From Guillardia theta CCMP2712 (Eukaryota; Protista; Cryptophyta): a DNA stretch of 41,044 nt. The notes under the pieces are model-generated. The model ran no database searches. It had not been told where the DNA came from and saw only the letters and a program-made list of their open reading frames with translations. Both the position numbers and the translations under genes were made by a program. This document shows, piece by piece, positions 9,538 to 18,632 of this stretch (positions are counted from its first letter, which is position 1; each line of letters starts with the position of its first letter). The DNA is taken from the NCBI RefSeq assembly GCF_000315625.1, contig NW_005434655.1, forward strand, positions 486,672-527,715, read 5' to 3'.

Positions 9538-11612
9538 TTAGTTCTTTGTCGCCTGGTTGTCTGGGTTGATGATGGCACTGTCTCCGGCTTCTCGTGCAGT
9601 ACGTGGAGCTTTTAGCTTTGCAGATGGAACGTAGCACAGGTACACAGGTATCTCTGCCGAGTCACAAACCATCAGGCCACAATCACGCGCATCAGTAAAG
9701 AACTGGGTCGCTACGCGACCAGCATCGTCAAACTGCTCTCGGGTGCCATTGAAGAGTATACCCATGGCTGCGAGCCTGGCATCCTTTCCTAGTATGTCAG
9801 CTTTGGCATTGAATGCTATGGACATATTGTAGATGACATGGAAGAGCTTCCTTGGGTCTTCGCAGAACTCAAAGTATATGTACTCTCCTCTCTGGATGTT
9901 GACGTCGGAGAAGGCTTGTTGGCATGTCCCAACCCGGTATATATCTCTCTCCGGGTCTTGAATGACATCCTTGAACAATGTCCCGAGACGCAGGTTATCC
10001 TCTTTGAAGGTAAGACACAATCCCAACCTCAGCACATCCCCGGCTTTGTATTGCCGCGCCTGCTCCGGTCCAAACAGTAGGTACTTTGTCACTTGTTGCT
10101 CTTTGTTGTACTCAGAGATCCTGGACAACTATGTATTAGCATTGGACTAGCAAGCGCCAGCACCAATAAGATGTTCGCAGACCTGGAGTTCGTGCCATGC
10201 TTATCGCTGCTTTCGGCTTGCTTGAGCTCGGCTATGGAAGGTTTGTGTTGTGTGCTTGCCTGGCTCATGATGATACTGTCTCCGGCCGTACGTGCAGTAC
10301 GTGGAGCTTTTAGCTTTGCAGATGGAACGTAGCACAGGTACACAGGTATCTCTGCCGAGTTATAAAACATCAGGCCACAATCACGCACATCAGTAAAGAA
10401 CTGGGTCGCTACGCGACCAGCATCGTCAAACTGCTCTCGGGTGCCATTGAAGAGTATACCCATGGCTGCGAGCCTGGCATCCTTTCCTAGTATGTCAGCT
10501 TTGGCATTGAATGCTATGGACATATTGTAGATGACATGGAAGAGCTTCCTTGGGTCTTCGCAGAACTCAAAGTATATGTACTCTCCTCTCTGGATGTTGA
10601 CGTCGGAGAAGGCTTGTTGGCATGTCCCAACCCGGTATATATCTCTCTCTGGGTCTTGAATGACATCCTTGAAGAATGTCCCGAGACGCAGGTTATCCTC
10701 TTTGAAGGTAAGACACATTCCCAACCTCAGCACATCCCCGGCTTTGTATTGCCGCGCCTGCTCCGGTCCAAACAGTAGGTACTTTGTCACTTGTTGCTCT
10801 TTGTTGTACTCAGAGATCCTGGACAACTATGTATTAGCATTGGACTAGCAAGCGCCAGCACCAATAAGATGTTCGCAGACCTGGAGTTCGTGCCATGCTT
10901 ATCGCTGCTTTCGGCTTGCTTGAGCTCGGCTATGGAAGGTTTGTGTTGTGTGCTTGCCTGGCTCATGATGATACTGTCTCCGGCCGTACGTGCAGTACGT
11001 GGAGCTTTTAGCTTTGCAGATGGAACGTAGCACAGGTACACAGGTATCTCTGCCGAGTTATAAAACATCAGGCCACAATCACGCACATCAGTAAAGTGCT
11101 TTGGCGCTACGCGACCAGCATCGTCAAACTGCTCTCGGGTGCCATTGAAGAGTATACCCATGGCTGCGAGCCTGGCATCCCTTGGTAATATCTCAGGATT
11201 GCAACTGAACACTGCGCACATATTGTAGATGACATGGAAGAGCTTCCTTGGGTCTTCGCAGAACTCAAAGTATATGTACTCTCCTCTCTGGATGTTGACG
11301 TCGGAGAAGGCTTGTTGGCATGTCCCAACCCGGTATATATCTCTCTCCGGGTCTTGAATGAGATCCTTGAACAATGTCCCGAGACGCAGGTTATCCTCTT
11401 TGAAGGTAAGACACAATCCCAACCTCAGCGAATCCCCGGCTTTGTACTGCCGCAACTCCGGTCCTCTCTTTTGGCACATTTTCATTGGTTGTTGATACGC
11501 CCTAGCACTAGCAAGCGCCAGCATCAATAAGTTGTTCGCGGACCAGGAGTTCCTGAGCGAAGGGGTCAGATCCTGTCGCGCCGCCCATCCCCTCGTACCT
11601 CTGCCATGCCAT
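9538..11612 (-). CDS. Unknown protein with three tandem copies of a ~140-aa core domain (left palindrome arm)
   Basis: ATG at 11612, then a 46-nt first intron. The 62-nt introns at 10819-10880 and 10121-10182 join the three overlapping ORFs in frame (NSR|ISEYNKEQQ). No stops or frameshifts within the units. Confidence 0.65.
10121..10818. repeat. Extra 698-bp tandem unit in the left arm (chimeric copy)
   Basis: ORF ends 10089/10787 and starts 10128/10826 are offset by exactly 698 bp, and the flanking sequence recurs at that period. Confidence 0.9.
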
Positions 11613-12207
11613 GTTTCTGCGGAACGGATCCTCGACCGGCTTGTACCAAAAGAGGAGAGGAGGGGCGAGGAAAAAAAGAAAGAAGCGCGGGAAACCTTGT
11701 TGCGATAAGCGTTGGTTTGCATTTACCCGCGTTGTTTGATTTAGAGACTGTAGGTGGGTAGGATTTCAAATATGAGGCGGAGGTTTGGCACATTTCGATT
11801 GGATTTCACGCTCGCCGCAACGTTCTTGCAGCTTTCAACTCGATATTGGCATGAGTGATCCCCACCCCACCCTACACCACCCCCTGCATCTTGCAGACAA
11901 ACCCACCCCTACTTACATCTCTTAAACCTGGGGTATCAACTGGAGCCTCGGCGAAACAGCAGTTGCTTTAAACTGGCTGCCAAAACGTTCCATACCAGCA
12001 GGCGGCGAGCGTGAAATCCAATCGAGATGTGCCAAACCCTCCCCTCATTTTTCAAATCCTACCCACCTACAGTCTCTAAATCAAACCGCGCGGGTAAATG
12101 CAAACCAACGCTTATCCCAACAAGGTTTCCCGCGCTTCTTTCTTTTTTTCCTCGCCCCTCCTCTCCTCTTTTGGTACAAGCCGGTCGAGGATCCGTTCCG
12201 CAGAAAC

Positions 12208-13584
12208 ATGGCATGGCAGAGGTACGAGGGGATGGGCGGCGCGACAGGATCTGACCCCTTCGCTCAGGAACTCCTGGTCCGCGAACAACTTATTGATGCT
12301 GGCGCTTGCTAGTGCTAGGGCGTATCAACAACCAATGAAAATGTGCCAAAAGAGAGGACCGGAGTTGCGGCAGTACAAAGCCGGGGATTCGCTGAGGTTG
12401 GGATTGTGTCTTACCTTCAAAGAGGATAACCTGCGTCTCGGGACATTGTTCAAGGATCTCATTCGAGACCCAGAGAGAGATATATACCGGGTTGGGACAT
12501 GCCAACAAGCCTTCTCCGACGTCAACATCCAGAGAGGAGAGTACATATACTTTGAGTTCTGCGAAGACCCAAGGAAGCTCTTCCATGTCATCTACAATAT
12601 GTGCGCAGTGTTCAGTTGCAATCCTGAGATATTACCAAGGGATGCCAGGCTCGCAGCCATGGGTATACTCTTCAATGGCACCCGAGAGCAGTTTGACGAT
12701 GCTGGTCGCGTAGCGCCAAAGCACTTTCTTGATGTGCGTGATTGTGGCCTGATGTTTTATAACTCGGCAGAGATACCTGTGTACCTGTGCTACGTTCCAT
12801 CTGCAAAGCTAAAAGCTCCACGTACTGCACGTACGGCCGGAGACAGTATCATCATGAGCCAGGCAAGCACACAACACAAACCTTCCATAGCCGAGCTCAA
12901 GCAAGCCGAAAGCAGCGATAAGCATGGCACGAACTCCAGGTCTGCGAACATCTTATTGGTGCTGGCGCTTGCTAGTCCAATGCTAATACATATTTGTCCA
13001 GGATCTCTGAGTACAACAAAGAGCAACAAGTGACAAAGTACCTACTGTTTGGACCGGAGCAGGCGCGGCAATACAAAGCCGGGGATGTGCTGAGGTTGGG
13101 ATTGTGTCTTACCTTCAAAGAGGATAACCTGCGTCTCGGGACATTCTTCAAGGATCTCATTCAAGACCCAGAGAGAGATATATACCGGGTTGGGACATGC
13201 CAACAAGCCTTCTCCGACGTCAACATCCAGAGAGGAGAGTACATATACTTTGAGTTCTGCGAAGACCCAAGGAAGCTCTTCCATGTCATCTACAATATGT
13301 CCATAGCATTCAATGCCAAAGCTGACATACTAGGAAAGGATGCCAGGCTCGCAGCCATGGGTATACTCTTCAATGGCACCCGAGAGCAGTTTGACGATGC
13401 TGGTCGCGTAGCGACCCAGTTCTTTACTGATGCGCGTGATTGTGGCCTGATGGTTTGTGACTCGGCAGAGATACCTGTGTACCTGTGCTACGTTCCATAT
13501 GTAGAGCCAAAAGCTCCACGTACTGCACGTACGGCCGAAGACAGTGCCATCATCAACCCAGACAACCAGGCGACAAAGAACTAA
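12208..13584 (+). CDS. Unknown protein with two tandem copies of the same domain (right palindrome arm)
   Basis: ATG at 12208, intron 12222-12267 (GTACGA...CTGAC...CAG), and intron 12940-13001 (GTCTGC...GCTAAT...CCAG) fusing unit 1 to unit 2 in frame. TAA ends at 13584. Confidence 0.65.
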
Positions 13585-14169
13585 GGCAAACCAACTAGCT
13601 CAAAGGTGACGCCGTGGCCATCAAGCATCGAGCCGATGCGGCCGACACAGTCCGAGGCAGCTCACCGCCGGCCAGAGGGATGAGCTCGACTCCAAGGGGA
13701 GCTTCAAACTCAATGTCATGCTCAGCCTTCTTTTCGTCATGTCTTCGATCTTAGCCGCATGGCATCGCAACCCTGCGGGTTGATGATCTATGGGATGGTA
13801 GAGGACAGGTCGGACCTCAGTTGTGCAGTTTGTATTGCCGTGGGTCGCAACATGAATAAATGCCGCGTATGAGAACCCGACAGGGGTCCAGGCTACTAGA
13901 GGAGCCGATGGGCAGGGAAGGGCGATCACCCGATGGGGAGAGAGAGCGACACCCAGGGCGAGAGGCAGGAGCTCGCGGAAGGATAGAGATACGGATGGGA
14001 CAAGCTCGCTCGCGTCCCCTGCCTGTCGGGTGACTCCGCGGGGCTGCCCGGCATTTGTGAAGAGGAGGTCACTGATGCCATGCACAAGACGACAACACGG
14101 GCTGCGATCCGATCATGGTGGCGATGTAGAAGTGAGCCGGGTGATGTCAGTCGGACGACCCTTGTCATG

Positions 14170-15600
14170 TCAAGTTTTGTTCTTGTCTTGTTTACTTTCT
14201 ATCGTGCCTTCGACACCGCTACGTGCAAGGTCTGCATATTGCAGAGCAAAGGCCTGGAGCTGGTCAGGTCTGACAGATCTTTGTTTTTCACCAAGCAATG
14301 CTGTCGCTTCGTTCAATGATAGCGGGGGGGGTCTGCTTGAAGAACTCGGTTTCATGATCGCCTCCGGCCCTGGTGTCGCTGTCGGCATCCGGCACGGAGT
14401 CCTGCTCCTTGCTGACTTGCCGTGGTCCCTCCTTGTTTTCATGGCAGTCTGACAAACTCTGCTCTGTCATCCGTCTAGCAGGAGCCTCGTCCAGCCATCC
14501 TTGCTGTCCTGAGGCAGAGATATCAAGCTCCGAGGGAGTGGGAGGTGTCGCTTGAAAGAGTAAGTCGTGTCAGTGTCATCGAGATGCCGCGATGTCTGAA
14601 TGAAATCCTGGTAGACTTCTTCTTTGGTCCGCCTCCTCGCTTCCTGACCCTCGATCCATCGACCCCCTCCTTCATCCAGCCCTGCATGCATATTCCTGTC
14701 TCCGGGTCCTTTGGCATCGTCTGCCGACAGGCTTGCTGTAGCAGTTGCCTCACAGCTCAACGAGTTGCCCTCCCACGGAACGCGAGGATGGCATGTCTTT
14801 GCCTCGCTCAGATCTTGGTGCTCATCACCAGACATACGATGCTCTGCCAGATTGAGCGTCGTCGGGTCATCTGTTCCGCCGCGCTCGCACAAGTCCTGAG
14901 AAACTGATTTTTCGGGCTCAGGACAGCATGGTTGCATTTGACGGCGGGGTCGAGTGTGGTCAGGTGTACCATGTCACCTTTCTCATCAACCTTGCTCTCG
15001 TGGTTGTCTTTCCTGCCATTCTGCACAGAAAAGTGCACTCCCGATCCTCATCCCCGAGCTCCTCCTCCATTCCAAGTCCTCTTCATCTCCTGCTGCATCT
15101 TATGCTGCAGGTTGCGGAAGGCGAAAGGGCTCCCAGAATTCCAGCACCGCACGCGGATAAAATCGAATCAACTCGTCCAAGAAGGGGCCAGCGCCTTTCA
15201 CTCGAAGTTTGTGCGTGTTGATAGCTTCGGAATCGTAACTGATCTCAGGGTATAGCGAATCCATCTTGATGGAGTGGTAGATGTCGACGTGGGTGGTGTG
15301 ACTCGCGCTCAGCAAGTGTTGTGACCTTCTGCCTTCTCTCCTCCTCCAGTAGCTTCTCAGCTTGCTCCTTGAGGATTGCAAGGTTCGGAGCCAATGCCCA
15401 TAGCGCTGCACGAGCAGCTCGTTCAATTCCCACGAATTGTTCCCAAACTTATCCTGACGACATTAAGCATGGCGTCGCACGATGCTCGTGCAAGTCAGGC
15501 GATATCACCACAAGTCTCTCTACATTCTTGAGGTTCGATGGGTTGTAGATGGCTGGAAGATGATCTGCAAGCTTGACTTCAAGTCCGTCCCCTCCCTGAC
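14170..15600 (-). pseudogene. Truncated or decayed hypothetical gene fragment
   Basis: Spliced segment LEVKLADHLPAIYNPSNLKNVERLV|DKFGNNSWELNELLVQRYG resembles a small helical motif seen in protist proteins (Y.PEKL..V..L..KY...L..KY, from memory). Broken ORFs follow and there is no clear start. Confidence 0.35.
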
Positions 15601-15881
15601 TGTTTTAAAACAACTTAAAAACTTTAGTTAATTAGAGGACGAAGATAAAACCTACAAACCCGCCTCAATAAAATACTAGGAAACGAAGGAGGCAGCGAAA
15701 ACCGAACCACGCGAGCCTTGTGTCACGGCAGTTGGACCCGTTCGGTCGGTTGACTAGGCTTGTCAACCCGTGACACAGATGAGAGCAGGAGGATGAGCGG
15801 GATGGTGGCAGTGCGATGGAGGATGAGAAGGAGCACGCTGACGCTCCTTGCGGCAATAATCAGCGGCATGTACGTACACAC

Positions 15882-15968
15882 GGTGGTGGTGATGATGATG
15901 AAGGAGGAGAAGATGATGATGATGATGATGATGGAGATGATGATGATGGAGATGATGGAGATGATGGA

Positions 15969-16023
<55 letters not shown>

Positions 16024-16051
16024 ATGATGGAGATGATGATGATGATGATGA

Positions 16052-16094
<43 letters not shown>

Positions 16095-16123
16095 GACTCA
16101 GTGATGGAGACGATGATGGAGAT
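15882..16123. repeat. Compound microsatellite (GAT)n/(GTT)n with GGAGAT interruptions
   Basis: Directly visible; a reverse-complement analogue of the 22-326 tract. Confidence 0.93.
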
Positions 16124-16149
16124 GTTTATTTCGCATATTCTTCTTTAAT

Positions 16150-16532
16150 CGTGACAATCGCTCGCTCATTTCGCCTCGTCGACAGGCGTGCGGCTGAAGC
16201 GGCGATCTGCTGCAACCCAATTCCGTTCGGAGATGGCGGGTGGTGCCATAGATCCAACTGTCTTGGTGCCGGCTGTCAACTCGATGACCCGAGAACGCCG
16301 GAAGATGAATCTTTAAGGCAGGTGAAGGAATTGTTTCAGCAACATTGTAACTGTTCGATCCTGAATGGTTCCCTAGTGTTCAGACATCACTCAGTGCGTC
16401 TGCGCTGGAATTGTTGGATGGACAACCAAATCGTTTTGTTCGATCGAAAGGTACACACCTGTTCACAGATAAGGTAGAGAGAGCAACAAGAGATTGAGGA
16501 AGGTCATTCAAAGGCAGACAGAAAGAGTAGGA

Positions 16533-16581
<49 letters not shown>

Positions 16582-17330
16582 ACTCAGATAGAGTCAAGAC
16601 AGAGAGGCAGAAAATTGAAGCAAAATGAAGGTGTCTGACCTGTTCGAACTTCAAGGTCTTGTAAAAATGCACAAGCAGACTATGACAGTGCAAGACAATG
16701 GGTTTGTTTCTCTGTGGATCGAATGAACCATCTTCCTTTCTCACACTTGGAGATCAGATTGTAGACAGAACAACTGAGAATCCTGGTGAAGAATGTGTGA
16801 AGGTGTTGCTGAAGGTGAGGACTCATATAATTATCTAGCTCGATCGTGAGACAACAATGAACGCAGGTTGTGTGTGCTTATCACTTTCCGTGAGTTCTTA
16901 TCGAGACAATTCTTGATCTCGTTGCCTCAGATCACTTTGCAATGCCCGCAGATTCTGCGCCAATGATGTTCTCTCGTATGACCAAGTCTGTTACTCTGCA
17001 TGCAAGGTAAGGCATCTTTGCAAGCTCTGTTTGTGACCTCTAAGTTTCTCAAGGCTATGAACGATACTTGTGGAATAACCCTGGACAAGTTTGCGCATGT
17101 GGGAATGAGATGTAACTTCAAGAAGATCGATCCAGCAAACGTCGGCCAGGTTAGCCCGATCGCATGCACGAAGCTCCCGTTGCAAGTGACACCGAGCAGG
17201 TCACTCGTGGCAATCAGAGGTGCACGGCCAGCGGTTCACGCCTGGACCTATCCATCCCTCTGATCCTGTTCTCTGTACTCGTGATCTTCAGCCTGGAAGA
17301 GTTGAGATTGGGATCGCGACCCGCGATGAG
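16150..17330 (-). CDS. Possible hypothetical multi-exon gene
   Basis: Exon-like segments (e.g. RKEDGSFDPQRNKPIVLHCHSLLVHFYKTLKFEQ|GTCAGA) with GT-AG boundaries around a (CAGG)n-containing intron. No family recognised. Confidence 0.3.
16535..16581. repeat. (CAGG)n tetranucleotide microsatellite
   Basis: About 11 copies, directly visible. Confidence 0.95.
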
Positions 17331-17523
17331 TGCTGGTTGACAGCAGCGATGAAGTCTGTTCTCAGTACTCGCGAGCTCATCAGATATCTCTCTGTATTCC
17401 TACCCTGTTATCTTGTTCATTAAATCCACACACACCAAATCTGGTTAGCGAGCATGGGCGCAAACAAGCTCTCACTTCACGCCTATCTGCCTCCGCAAGC
17501 TCTTTTAAGGGTGTCCTACATTC

Positions 17524-18206
17524 TTAACAGTTGGTGCCACCCTCGATGCAAACGTCGAAGGGGTTGGGAATGACGCCAGCAAGGTATCCAATGGCAAGGA
17601 TGAGAAGAGGAGCCCCGATGAAGATGACCCCTTGGAGAAGACCAGGGTCACATTAAGGACACACCTATGATGATAGTAGGACACTGACCTAGGATGACGG
17701 CAACTCTGTTGCTGGCCAGTGCTAGTGGGCCCTTCTCTTGCTTCTCGCGATCTTGAATCCTGCGTCCAGCGCAACGTCAGCAGGGAAATATCTTACGTGT
17801 TTCAGAGACGGAGCGCGACTCACTTCTGTCTCTCCATGACTCGCTCCATCTGAAGCTGCCTTGCGCTCTTGCCCTCTGAGCTCACTGGAGCAGGGGAGGA
17901 AGAGGAATCCGAGCTGGGACGCTCCCACTGTGTCGTCCCCTCCGGACTCATGTAGTATGGGTTGCCGGAGGAAGGATCAGTGAACTCCTGCCAGCCGGGC
18001 GGCAGCTGCGTCCCCTGACTGCCCTTGCGTGTCTGCATGCAGAGAGACAGCTTGGAGGTCTGAACACGATTCTTGGAGATGCCAGCAAGGGGGAGGAGAG
18101 CGAGAGAACTTGAAACGCCAGCCTTCCTTGGCAACCATGCCGCCTGCTGGCCTGTGAAAGCAGAAGCAGAGGCACAAAGAGCGAAGAGAATCAAGCTTCG
18201 GATCAT
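17524..18206 (-). CDS. Plastid-targeted WW-domain protein with a C-terminal transmembrane helix
   Basis: Signal peptide MIRSLILFALCASASA-F plus a transit peptide. WW domain LPPGWQEFTDPSSGNPYYMSPEGTTQWERP. Spliced tail KIQDREKQEKGPLALASNRVAVIL|GVIFIGAPLLILAIGYLAGVIPNPFDVCIEGGTNC, stop TAA at 17526-17524. Confidence 0.85.
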
Positions 18207-18632
18207 GTCGAAAGTTGTCTCAGTCTGTGTCTTTCTCGTTCTGTCTTCGTCTCCTCCTCCTCGTTCTTCCCTCCTGCCTCTTCCTGGCTGTGCTCGTAGA
18301 ATTTAGCAGTGGAGGTGTTTGTAACCCCCCACCCCACCCCCCTAAGTACACATTAGTACCACCCCCGGAGACATTAAGAGCAAACGGGGTGGTGTATGTA
18401 TGGATTTTGCAGATGAACTCCTCAGAAATGCATAATTCAGAAATTCAGAAAACAAGAAAAAATTACAAGCCGAGAGCACAAAACCAACACAACAAGGCAT
18501 CACAACAAGGCATGTCGCTTGTAGGATCCCAGTTACTGTTAGTAATATCAATCGAAAATCCAGCATGAGTTTAAGATGTAGAACGTGTATGATCCAGTAC
18601 ATCTCGACACAGTCGTAGTCCACGGCACGGTA

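Larger units (their letters stand above)
8954..14146. repeat. Large imperfect inverted repeat: left arm ~8954-11818, spacer ~11819-12001, right arm ~12002-14146
   Basis: The 311-aa ORFs 10787-11722(-) and 12098-13033(+) are near-identical mirror images, as are the 196-aa ORFs 9538-10128(-) and 12994-13584(+). The match extends outward to GGGTGATG at 8954/14146. The left arm has one extra 698-bp unit; the right arm has a ~20-bp deletion near 13938. Confidence 0.95.

Noticed and set aside
8954-14146. Palindrome as a pure fold-back sequencing or assembly artefact
   Set aside because: The arms differ by many substitutions, an indel and unit number, and have a unique spacer, whereas a fold-back chimera would be near-identical. 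A haplotype misjoin is not fully excluded without reads.
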